A stretch of DNA of 57,306 bases from a virus (Duplodnaviria; Caudoviricetes), in IMG/VR virus record IMGVR_UViG_3300046534_001237, positions 1 to 57,306 of that record, one strand, 5' to 3'. Under the pieces are notes generated by a model. It was not told the DNA's origin and made no database searches. It saw only the letters and a list, made by a program, of their open reading frames with translations. Made by a program: the position numbers and the translations under genes. This document shows, piece after piece, positions 49,702-57,306 of this stretch (the stretch's first letter is position 1; every line of letters begins with the position of its first letter).

Positions 49702-49910
49702 TATGAAATCAGTGTTAGCGCTGCTGGGTCGTTGTTTGCAGCAAAATCGGTGCCGGTTATTCCGCCATCGGCATCTAACTGAGCTGTAATCGCTACGATC
49801 GATGTGCGAAGTGCGGCTAAATCTGCCTGCACAGCATCAAACGCACGTTTGAGTTCAATACTATCTTGCGCTGTCTGACTTTTAAAATGTTGTTTAATGG
49901 AAACTGGCAT
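49701..49910 (-). CDS. Small coiled-coil protein, head fibre/decoration-like
   Basis: AVQADLAALRTSIVAITAQLDADGGITGTDFA...PAAL. Confidence 0.55.
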   Translation of the reverse strand: MPVSIKQHFKSQTAQDSIELKRAFDAVQADLAALRTSIVAITAQLDADGGITGTDFAANNDPAALTLIS

Positions 49911-49916
49911 AACTAT

Positions 49917-50177
49917 TTACCTTTTAGTGGAAACTTCAAATGTAGGATCTCTTGGCCACCAACCATTGTCAGTGTGAATAGATCCCTGGTTAAAATACAA
50001 ACTGTGACAAATCTTACATTTAATCTGTTCACCAGCTATTCGCTCTTGACCTGACTCAAACTCAAACTGTGAAATATTTACTGGATCACCAGATCGAATG
50101 TCTCGTTTAGTAACCGCTATCTTGTGGCCCTTTCGAGGACAAGTGATAGCGGTACCTTTTGTAAGTGTCTCAGTCAT
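49917..50177 (-). CDS. Hypothetical zinc-ribbon-like protein
   Basis: CPRKGH...CKICH. Confidence 0.68.
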   Translation of the reverse strand: MTETLTKGTAITCPRKGHKIAVTKRDIRSGDPVNISQFEFESGQERIAGEQIKCKICHSLYFNQGSIHTDNGWWPRDPTFEVSTKR

Positions 50178-50184
50178 GTGCTAG

Positions 50185-50232
50185 ATAATACCCTTTAGCT
50201 TGATACTGATCAATATTATCAATTTATTGATC
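50185..50232 (-). promoter_or_regulatory. Promoter giving a probably leaderless mRNA, with an inverted repeat overlapping the -35
   Basis: TTGATC-N17-TATTAT-N7-ATG; GATCAATA-N9-TATTGATC at 50208-50232. Confidence 0.6.
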
Positions 50233-50408
50233 TATTGGGGAGGCTTCGGAAGTGGCATCCAGTAAGAAACCTCTATGGCACCGCAAAAACAATCGTCGAA
50301 CGCACCATCATCACAATGGTGGCATTCAAAAACATCATCACCACAACAGCCAATAACATTTGTGTCATTTTTGGGCAGCCTATCCTTAACACTAATCCAT
50401 TCAGTCAT
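50232..50408 (-). CDS. DUF551-like small protein (58 aa)
   Basis: MTEWISVKDRLP...VSYWMPLPKPP. Confidence 0.85.
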   Translation of the reverse strand: MTEWISVKDRLPKNDTNVIGCCGDDVFECHHCDDGAFDDCFCGAIEVSYWMPLPKPPQ

Positions 50409-50530
50409 AACAATTCTTCCTCTATTAATTAAGTGCCGGTCTAAGGCTCTATCCGTCGACCGGGATAATTTCCCGACGCTAGTGGTCGGGTCCTACTTGG
50501 CCCTTGCCCCTTTAAAGCTCGGCCAAATAA

Positions 50531-50833
50531 CTAACTATCACACAAACGCATGTAGTCATAATTTCTAATGTGAACTGTACCAACAGCTCTCCCGCTAAAA
50601 ATTTCCTGAACTACCCAGTTGTCAGAGGGGCCATCTGGGACATGCTCAATAATACCTATCATCCTTTGCCCGCTTGAAAATACGAATACTGCCTTTTTAC
50701 CTTTATGTGATTTTTTATTATACTCATACTGCCTTTGAGCTGCTTCGATAACCAGGCTTTCGTCTACACCTTCGCGAAAGATACCTGCACCAACCTTCGC
50801 TGGCTTTTCTAGCTTTTTAGATTCTTTATCCAT
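50531..50833 (-). CDS. Hypothetical protein
   Basis: LEKPAKVGAGIFREGV...VIEAAQRQYE; AGGAG RBS. Confidence 0.7.
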   Translation of the reverse strand: MDKESKKLEKPAKVGAGIFREGVDESLVIEAAQRQYEYNKKSHKGKKAVFVFSSGQRMIGIIEHVPDGPSDNWVVQEIFSGRAVGTVHIRNYDYMRLCDS

Positions 50834-50835
50834 CT

Positions 50836-51327
50836 TTACTCTCCTGATTTGCTAAATCTATGTACCCGTTTTCTAGGTATTCCTAACTGATCCTCAAGCT
50901 CTGCAATTTCTTCATCTCTTTCAACAATGCGATGGGCGTTCCTCTTCACTGACTCTTTTGAGTTAGCCAGCTCTTTCTCAAGCTCTACAACGGTAGATGC
51001 TAGTTCTAAAAAAGATTCGTCAGATACCTGTTTATTTGACCTAGATATTCGAAGATCATGTTCAAGATCTGCAATCTTGTCTTTAAATTCTTCTGTAGCT
51101 TTTTCAATTCCTCGCCTTTCACCACTGACCATTAATTTATGCAATGTGTTGTTAGTTTTTTCAAGCTCATAGTTTGTGCTAAGGGCATCAATTAACTGAT
51201 TTTTTATATCATCTAAGTAAGCATGAAGCTCCAATATCTTAGCGTCTTGCTGCCTTACGGTAATTTGATATGACCTGGCTTCGCAATTTCTAGCGCATGT
51301 GGTCATAAACTTAGTTGGGTCAGTCAT
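50836..51327 (-). CDS. Coiled-coil hypothetical protein
   Basis: Heptad-rich ORF overlapping the ninB stop. Confidence 0.68.
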   Translation of the reverse strand: MTDPTKFMTTCARNCEARSYQITVRQQDAKILELHAYLDDIKNQLIDALSTNYELEKTNNTLHKLMVSGERRGIEKATEEFKDKIADLEHDLRISRSNKQVSDESFLELASTVVELEKELANSKESVKRNAHRIVERDEEIAELEDQLGIPRKRVHRFSKSGE

Positions 51328-51700
51328 TTTTTTTCCTGGGTTCAGGCAGAATAATTCCAAGCTCAGCGCCTAACCGATAACTAGCCTCGATCAGCTTTGA
51401 GTATCCCGCCATGCCTTGATAGTTACTGCGCGGCACAAACTCGATGGTGACGCCCATTACCTCAGATATAACACGGCCAAAAACTCTTTCTTTGATGATG
51501 TATTTTATCGATTCGATATCGTCGCCGTTTTCATTCGCGATTATGCCGCACAGTATGTTAAAAAAAGATTCTTGCTCTCGCGTTCCATGCTCGACAGCTT
51601 TACGAATGATCATTTCCTTACCATCTGCCCCCATCACACCCATTAGAGCTCTTAATGCAAATTGCTTATTTTCCTTGGTGTTGAGGGGGTAGACTGCCAT
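51320..51700 (-). CDS. NinB/YbcN-like recombination protein
   Basis: TREQESFFNILCGIIA...YSKLIEASYRLGAELGIILP. Confidence 0.7.
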   Translation of the reverse strand: MAVYPLNTKENKQFALRALMGVMGADGKEMIIRKAVEHGTREQESFFNILCGIIANENGDDIESIKYIIKERVFGRVISEVMGVTIEFVPRSNYQGMAGYSKLIEASYRLGAELGIILPEPRKKND

Positions 51701-51703
51701 GAT

Positions 51704-52120
51704 TTAATCCTCGACGGTTTTTTTCTTCGTTGTCGAAACCTTGACCTGCTCCTGCATTGCTGCAGCAAACAAATCATCCTGCATTGGCATCCCTAATGCC
51801 TTACGAGCAAACTGATAGGTCAGGTCAAAGTTTTCACGCTTCGCTTCTGGCGTTTTCGAATACTTAATAGCCATCTCCAGGGCATCCTGGTTAAAGCCAT
51901 CGTTAATCAAGCCAGTAATGCCGGCCTTTTTATTCGCATTTAACGCTTCGCGCTGTACTGCGATATCGTCAAGTAAAGCTGAGAACGTCACAACACGGTT
52001 CATAGTTTCCTTGTTCCAAATGCTTTCAACACTGTCAGGATCGGTACCCTGCTGCTCGGTGTCTTGATAACCAGCGCTTTGGTGCTTGCTACCATCTAAG
52101 TTTGTTGCTTGATGTGCCAT
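51704..52120 (-). CDS. GapR/DUF2312-like DNA-binding protein
   Basis: QREALNANKKA.......GFNQDALEMAIKYSK...KRENFDLTYQFARKALGM. Confidence 0.68.
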   Translation of the reverse strand: MAHQATNLDGSKHQSAGYQDTEQQGTDPDSVESIWNKETMNRVVTFSALLDDIAVQREALNANKKAGITGLINDGFNQDALEMAIKYSKTPEAKRENFDLTYQFARKALGMPMQDDLFAAAMQEQVKVSTTKKKTVED

Positions 52121-52392
52121 CTATTTTTTCCTCTTGTGATTAAAAGATCTTTCTCTTTATACCGTTAAGTAAATTATTTCACTTAACCGATAATTCTTAG
52201 TTTTGCCATTCTTGCCGGGTTATATGTGGCGCTTCTTATTGCCTTTACCGCGCTTTTGTTTACGCCAGTATGGTCGGTCTTCGCGAAGGATGCATGTCGG
52301 ATAATCAAATTTCGGTAGTGAGTTTATTACAATACAATGTCCTATCGACAAACGACATCCAGCGTTAAGTAATTTAATTTTAGTTTCCTTAT

Positions 52393-52959
52393 TCACGCTA
52401 CTAACTCTCCTTGCTCAAGTAATTTAAGTTTTAGTTTGTACCACCAGATAACACCCTTTATATCATCGATCGTTAAATTTTGCGGTTTGTGCGGCCCTTC
52501 AATCCATTCAACTTTTTCAATTCCGATTCGATTAATCAAAGCAGGGCGATAAGCTCCAATATTTCCAGATAACTCCATATTGCAGTGCTTATTGCATTGC
52601 TTGTGTATATTAAGCTCGTTAAATCTAAGCTCAGGATGCCCACCAGCTGTTTTTAAGTGCCCGGCGCAATACTGCACTGGCTTAGTTGTCCCGCAACTAA
52701 TACAAGGCTGGTGAGAGTCCCTGGCACGTATGTATTTATTACACGCTTCGACTGCTTTTTTAATCTGATACGGACGACTGCTATCGTTTAATTCTTTTTT
52801 AAGCCTAGTGGTCTCTTTCTTATAGTTAACCTTTACCTTCTCCTGGGCTATCTCCTGGCCACACTTCGGGGAGCACCAGGTCTGGATCGAGTTGAACTGA
52901 GTAAACTTAACTTTGCAGCCTTTATTGGCGCAGGTTCTTTGCTTTAGTTTGGCATTCAC
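52393..52959 (-). CDS. ninG: NinG/Rap recombination endonuclease
   Basis: WCSPKC, YIRARD..PCISCG, AGH, LRFNELNIHKQC..CN..LSGN and RIG.EKVEWIEG. Confidence 0.92.
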   Translation of the reverse strand: MNAKLKQRTCANKGCKVKFTQFNSIQTWCSPKCGQEIAQEKVKVNYKKETTRLKKELNDSSRPYQIKKAVEACNKYIRARDSHQPCISCGTTKPVQYCAGHLKTAGGHPELRFNELNIHKQCNKHCNMELSGNIGAYRPALINRIGIEKVEWIEGPHKPQNLTIDDIKGVIWWYKLKLKLLEQGELVA

Positions 52960-53309
52960 TGCTTAATACCTCGACAAAATTCCTCTTTGTCCATTTCAGC
53001 TCTTACCCACTCATTCATTGATGTTTGGCGATATATAAAACCATGAAGACCGACTTTATAAGCAAGGCCATGAATTATAGATTTCATTCCCTTTTTTAAA
53101 GGAGAATTCATTAAGTGGAGAATATTATCAGACTCTACCTTCTTTGCTTTTTTCTCTTTTTTTCTTACTGCTCTAACGCACTTGGGATCACCGCAACTAT
53201 GCAAATCTTCATAATGTTTTTTCGACATTAGATTATTGTTTTTATTAAATATCGATATCTCTTTTTTGCATACCGGGCAGTATCGAGTTTCCCAATCAGA
53301 GCTAGACAT
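52956..53309 (-). CDS. Hypothetical Cys-containing protein
   Basis: CPVC...CGDPKC; YKVGLHGFIY. Confidence 0.68.
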   Translation of the reverse strand: MSSSDWETRYCPVCKKEISIFNKNNNLMSKKHYEDLHSCGDPKCVRAVRKKEKKAKKVESDNILHLMNSPLKKGMKSIIHGLAYKVGLHGFIYRQTSMNEWVRAEMDKEEFCRGIKQ

Positions 53310-53688
53310 TAGAAGAATCCTTTTTTGGTGCGGCTTTCTCGCAAAAATTAAATGCTATTCTTTGATGATAATATCTAGTAAAAGATGTACCTCCAAAAGC
53401 AAACATAGTGGGTTTACCATCAAGCGTCAATCCTGCAAAGTGCCCGCTTGTGACTTCGCCACTTTCATCATCCCAACCATTAACCGTATCATCAATCTTG
53501 AATTCGCTGTAAGGCTCGTATGGGATTAGGTCGAGGGGATGACCTAAATGATTTTTACCGTCCGTGTTATGAATACTTACACCTCCACAATAAGACATTG
53601 ATAAAAGTATTGAGTCGCCTAGCGGTGATTCTATTTCTGTCACGCTAAACGGCTTTTCACCGTTTTGGTATATCCATTGCTTATTCAT
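53302..53688 (-). CDS. Hypothetical protein
   Basis: AAGGAG RBS. Confidence 0.7.
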   Translation of the reverse strand: MNKQWIYQNGEKPFSVTEIESPLGDSILLSMSYCGGVSIHNTDGKNHLGHPLDLIPYEPYSEFKIDDTVNGWDDESGEVTSGHFAGLTLDGKPTMFAFGGTSFTRYYHQRIAFNFCEKAAPKKDSSNV

Positions 53689-53860
53689 GCTATTACTCTC
53701 CTTCGGTTAAAAATATCAATTGCCGATAAAGTAACCGGCACTACCTTTCTTCTTGTGCTGTGCGACTGTCCAAGCCTTATTTGAGAAATATACAATTTGA
53801 AACAAGCATCGCCGCACGTCGCTGCTTGACTTCTTGCTTCCTTTTGGCACATCGCGCATT

Positions 53861-54073
53861 TCATAGTTTCTTAATCCAAACGACCCAAAGGCCGCAATTA
53901 GGGCACTGAGTTTGCCTATGTGTGTTTTTCATCTTGGCTACCCAAGCATGCCACTTAATGTAATCACGCTCTTCAGAGCCTGGTGTATGCTCGCAATGAT
54001 CTTTATTAACCGGGCCTTGGTCAAACTTCCTGCCTTTGACCTTACCCTCAGCTTTTGGCTTTGCTTTGGCCAT
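53861..54073 (-). CDS. Small zinc-binding hypothetical protein
   Basis: HTP...YIKWHAW....THRQTQCPNCGLW. Confidence 0.68.
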   Translation of the reverse strand: MAKAKPKAEGKVKGRKFDQGPVNKDHCEHTPGSEERDYIKWHAWVAKMKNTHRQTQCPNCGLWVVWIKKL

Positions 54074-54074
54074 G

Positions 54075-54395
54075 CTAGTGAGGTTTACCGGGAGTATGAC
54101 CAGTCATACCAAAATCGACTAAAATTTCAGAATCATCCTCGTCATCCTCGTCATCCTCGTCATCTTCACCATGCACCATCTGACTTAGCTCACCGTCAAT
54201 TAAAAACAAAGCAAACTCTCGCATTTTTTTATTTTTAATACCCGAAAACTCTGACAGAATTAGCATGCAAGCTGATTGTATTGCAATCACTGGATCATAA
54301 TTAGCAGAATCATTAAGTAGTTCTTGATGAAGTTCATCTGATAGCTTATCTGCTTCATTGAACATATCTTCAAATGTTTTTTTATCATTCATCAT
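54075..54395 (-). CDS. Acidic hypothetical protein with an EDD repeat
   Basis: catcctcgt x3 near 54134-54160. Confidence 0.65.
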   Translation of the reverse strand: MMNDKKTFEDMFNEADKLSDELHQELLNDSANYDPVIAIQSACMLILSEFSGIKNKKMREFALFLIDGELSQMVHGEDDEDDEDDEDDSEILVDFGMTGHTPGKPH

Positions 54396-54597
54396 TAATC
54401 TCTTCCGCTAAAATATCCTGCTGCCTTTCCAGAAAACGATTTAGGATATGTATTAAATTAACCCGCTCATGAAAACTAACACCGGTAGTATTATTGCTAG
54501 GTTCAGCATTGAGCTGGCCAGCCATTTTGATCATGCTATTCGTCAGGACATAGTTCTCGGTAGCCTGGTTAGCTCTTTTTGATAGTTTGTAAGTCAT
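54385..54597 (-). CDS. Hypothetical protein
   Basis: ORF in the operon. Confidence 0.55.
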   Translation of the reverse strand: MTYKLSKRANQATENYVLTNSMIKMAGQLNAEPSNNTTGVSFHERVNLIHILNRFLERQQDILAEEINDE

Positions 54598-54712
54598 GAC
54601 TCATCTCTACTAGCTTTCGCTATTTGCTTTGCTCGATCTTCTTCCGCCTTGATCCTTTCCAGCTCTTTCTTGATCATTTCAGCAACTGTATGGTGTAAAT
54701 AGCCCGTGTTTT

Positions 54713-56002
54713 TCATTCGTATAAATCTCCTACCTTCATTAGATCACCCATCCAAGCAAATTTCATTCCGCCTATCGGTCCATGCCTGTTCTTTTCGATT
54801 AATGCCTCCATGATGCCTTTGTCTGCCGTGTCCTTGTTGTAAACTTCATCTCTGTAGAGCATTATTATTGCATCAGCTTCACTCTCGATAACACCAGACT
54901 CGGTTAAATCGCCGACTTTTGGGCGCTTATCAACACGCTTATCAACCTCTCGATTGACCTGAGCCAGTGCGACTACGGGTATATCAAGTTCCCTAGCTAA
55001 AGTTTTAAGTCCTATCGCCACATCTGCTACCTCCAATCTTCTGCTTTCTGATTTCGGGCTCCTAATTCTCTGAAGATAATCAACGTAAATAATTTTTATG
55101 TCGTGATCGAATTTCATCTTTCTGCCTTCGCGCATAATATCACCAATTGTTATATTGGATTTATCATGTATCAGGACATTGCCGTATTGAACCTGAGAAC
55201 TAGTTTGAATTAATTTTCCAGCATCCTCATGATCTATTTTAGCCTTCCTGATTTTTGACGCTGATACTCCACCTTTAATTGATAAAGTTCGAATTCCTAT
55301 CTGCTCCATTGGTTGCTCAGTGCTAAAGAAACCTGCAGCACAATTATTCGAAAGCATGAAATTAATAGCTATTGCGGTTTTACCCATAGCTGGTCGAGCG
55401 CCAACAATGTACAAGTCGGATGGCTGGAAACCTCCAATTGAATCATCAAGCCTTGTTAAACCAGTCGTTAACCCGACAAGACCACCACTCTCAGATACTC
55501 GCTTAACTTTATCAATCGCGGCTGTAATAGCCTCTGTGAGCGTGTGAGTGTACTTTTTCTGAGTAACTTCCAAAGCCATCAATGACTGTATTGCTTCATC
55601 AGCGTCATAATTTTGACTTAAATCATAACTTATTCTGGCAATCTCTCGCTTTCTGAATTCACGAATTATTATTTCTTGCGATGAATAAAAGAATGAAGGT
55701 GCAAAGGCAGCTTCCATCCAGTTTGAGAGTTGATGTAGCCAGCCACCAGTGAACGAAGGGTGGTATGCGTATGTATTAGTTTTATCTCTGGAATTTAACT
55801 CGGTCATGCGATCAGACACGGATATCAAATCGACTAACGCGCTGTCATTGTTCATTTCCATGATTACATCGAAAACGGTCGAATGAGCTTCAATCATGAA
55901 ATTGGTAGATGTTGCTTTAACTTCCATTAATCGAGAAGGATTAACCAGGATTGAACCTATAAAAACTTTTTCAGCTTCCGCTGCTTGCCACTCGGCACTC
56001 AT
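54713..56002 (-). CDS. dnaB: DnaB-like replicative helicase
   Basis: GARPAMGKT, VDYLQ, ALAQVNR, DLTESG.IE..AD and KNRHGP. Confidence 0.95.
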   Translation of the reverse strand: MSAEWQAAEAEKVFIGSILVNPSRLMEVKATSTNFMIEAHSTVFDVIMEMNNDSALVDLISVSDRMTELNSRDKTNTYAYHPSFTGGWLHQLSNWMEAAFAPSFFYSSQEIIIREFRKREIARISYDLSQNYDADEAIQSLMALEVTQKKYTHTLTEAITAAIDKVKRVSESGGLVGLTTGLTRLDDSIGGFQPSDLYIVGARPAMGKTAIAINFMLSNNCAAGFFSTEQPMEQIGIRTLSIKGGVSASKIRKAKIDHEDAGKLIQTSSQVQYGNVLIHDKSNITIGDIMREGRKMKFDHDIKIIYVDYLQRIRSPKSESRRLEVADVAIGLKTLARELDIPVVALAQVNREVDKRVDKRPKVGDLTESGVIESEADAIIMLYRDEVYNKDTADKGIMEALIEKNRHGPIGGMKFAWMGDLMKVGDLYE

Positions 56003-56712
56003 GATGGAAACTCGACAAATGAAGATTGAGTTGTTTGTCCGTTAAATTTTGAATTATTCCTTTCCCAATTTCTGGCAGTGGCTTTCCAGTCCTTCATTGA
56101 ATTTTTACCAACCTTCCAACCATTTGAATCATAGTAATCAAGAAATGATTGTGGATCAAAACTCAGTCCTTTTTCTTTTTTGTATTCTTGAAGGTCTTCA
56201 ATTGAAGGTTTAGCAAAGTGTTTTGTTTTAGGCTTATCAAACTCGCTACCGTCGGGCTTTTGCTCGACAAGTGTCTTAGGTAGTTCTTTATTCTTTACAT
56301 TCTTATTATTATTACCATTATTGTTTGTTGTTGATTGATTGTTATCCGTCTGTTGATCGTCTGTTGGCTGGCTTGTTGGTTTGTCTGTTTCAAGAACTTC
56401 TTTTGATTGATAAGAGTCATAGTTTACAAGGGTTATAAGGCTAAATTTGTTTGTTGGATTGACTGTTATCTCGCTTGTTGATTTTAGCTTAGATATTGAT
56501 GTTCGAATTTGTTGTACTGATAAACCTAGATCATTACTTAACGAGTTTAATCCGGTAATTAATTGACCTCGATCGATCTCATTACCCTGCCATTTTAGTT
56601 TTTTATGATTAGCATTTAACAGTAAATGAACGAACAATCTGAAGGTATTGGCATCTTGATACCATTCCCATTTGCAGATTTTTCGGTGTATTTTTATGAA
56701 TCCTGTCGTCAT
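55999..56712 (-). CDS. Replication initiator (lambda O / replisome-organiser-like)
   Basis: GFIKIHRK..KWEWY...RGQLITG N-domain, low-complexity linker, FLDYYDSNGWKVGKNSMKDWKATARNW C-domain; coupled to dnaB. Confidence 0.85.
   Translation of the reverse strand: MTTGFIKIHRKICKWEWYQDANTFRLFVHLLLNANHKKLKWQGNEIDRGQLITGLNSLSNDLGLSVQQIRTSISKLKSTSEITVNPTNKFSLITLVNYDSYQSKEVLETDKPTSQPTDDQQTDNNQSTTNNNGNNNKNVKNKELPKTLVEQKPDGSEFDKPKTKHFAKPSIEDLQEYKKEKGLSFDPQSFLDYYDSNGWKVGKNSMKDWKATARNWERNNSKFNGQTTQSSFVEFPS
56321..56390. repeat. Iteron-like ~12-bp degenerate repeats; putative origin
   Basis: TGTT(G) recurs with a ~12-bp period in the initiator linker, next to an AT-rich tract at 56285-56320. Confidence 0.55.
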
Positions 56713-56716
56713 ATTA

Positions 56717-56850
56717 ATCAATCTCTTTTAGTTCAACCGACCTGGTGATAATTCCGCAGCAGGCTGACTATGGGGTTAGTCGATGTTCGGTACAAATCGG
56801 TTGACTAAAAGAGACTGATCTATACCTGGTGTTTACGCTTATCACGGCGC
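56717..56850 (-). ncRNA. Structured 5' leader of the replication initiator
   Basis: 23-bp stem 56797-56819/56717-56740 (one G-U, one bulge) covering the RBS region; internal hairpin gacta-acccca-tagtc. Confidence 0.7.
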
Positions 56851-56858
56851 TTATGAGC

Positions 56859-56887
56859 ACTCTAATACTTTACGGCATCAATGGCAA
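56859..56887 (-). promoter_or_regulatory. sigma70-like promoter for the leader and replication genes
   Basis: TTGCCA-N17-TAGAGT. Confidence 0.55.
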
Positions 56888-56893
56888 ACTATT

Positions 56894-57073
56894 CTAGTTG
56901 CTATCCTGGTTGGTTTTAGAATCTATAGCTTTCAAAATATCTATAGTGCAAGAAAGCACAACGAATATTATTACTGCCGCGCCTACCATTACACTGTCTG
57001 ACTTGAAAAGGCCAATAGCGAGTATCACGAAACCTAGTAACGACCAGTAATTTATATTATTGGTTATTTTCAT
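56894..57073 (-). CDS. Small two-TM membrane protein (59 aa)
   Basis: GAGGT RBS; WSLLGFVILAIGLF and VMVGAAVIIFVVLSCTI. Confidence 0.62.
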   Translation of the reverse strand: MKITNNINYWSLLGFVILAIGLFKSDSVMVGAAVIIFVVLSCTIDILKAIDSKTNQDSN

Positions 57074-57088
57074 GGTCTTTACCTCAGT

Positions 57089-57306
57089 TTATTTTACTGT
57101 TGTCCAATCGTGCTTTTTATCACATGCTCTTAGGCTGATAAACTTTGTGCCCTGGCGCCTTCTCTTTTCTGATTGCTTAATAGCTCGCTGCTTCTTATCA
57201 ATACTTCTGCTTTTAAACCATTTAAAATTGTCGATATGCTCCGCTACCAAATCAGAGTCAAATTCATGGTCCCAAAGGTAATTCGATAATTGAATAGAAT
57301 GGTTTG
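57089..57306 (-). CDS. 3' part of the gene that starts at 353 and crosses the join
   Basis: In-frame continuation to TAA at 57089-57091. Confidence 0.72.
   Translation of the reverse strand, partial: NHSIQLSNYLWDHEFDSDLVAEHIDNFKWFKSRSIDKKQRAIKQSEKRRRQGTKFISLRACDKKHDWTTVK
57180..57306. repeat. Terminal direct repeat, copy 2
   Basis: Identical to 1-127. Confidence 0.97.

Noticed and set aside
50235-50568. Plus-strand ORFs 50235-50432 and 50275-50568
   Set aside because: The minus strand encodes a clear DUF551-like protein here, in line with the operon direction.
54134-54165. 9-bp tandem repeat as a regulatory element
   Set aside because: It simply encodes an acidic EDD tract.
1-57306. Alternative genetic code or stop-codon reassignment
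   Set aside because: Standard-code ORFs tile the genome densely, core genes other than terL are uninterrupted, and there is no suppressor tRNA.

Overview
Apparently complete, circularly assembled dsDNA tailed-phage genome (57,179 bp unique; bases 1-127 recur exactly at 57180-57306 and one gene reads across the join). It looks like a podovirus of a Gram-negative, probably gammaproteobacterial, host (CsrA, sigma70-type promoters). Two arms diverge from back-to-back promoters at ~1050-1118. The short + arm carries a recombination pair, a tRNA-like RNA, a DEDDh exonuclease, CsrA, two C5 methyltransferases and an HNH nuclease. The long - arm carries Cro, a lambda O-like initiator and DnaB, NinG/NinB, a GapR-like protein, many small ORFs, TerS, a split TerL, portal, scaffold, an N4-gp56-type capsid, podoviral tail genes, ejection proteins, two giant polyvalent virion proteins and a lysis cassette. 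I could not recognise an integrase, CI repressor, RNA polymerase or CRISPR array. The most unusual signals are: (1) a ~170-nt Leu-type tRNA mimic with a dead anticodon arm and a ~100-nt structured variable arm; (2) a C5 methyltransferase encoded in two fully overlapping frames that appear to start from one RBS (ATGTG); (3) a large terminase cleanly split into two genes with two ORFs between them; (4) a 55-aa (5x11) hendecad-repeat ejection protein; (5) strand-specific RNA structures, including a pseudoknot before the tail-nozzle gene and a long RBS-masking stem before the replication initiator; (6) repeat-bounded domain cassettes in the polyvalent proteins. All product calls come from motif recognition by eye; no database searches or folding programs were run.
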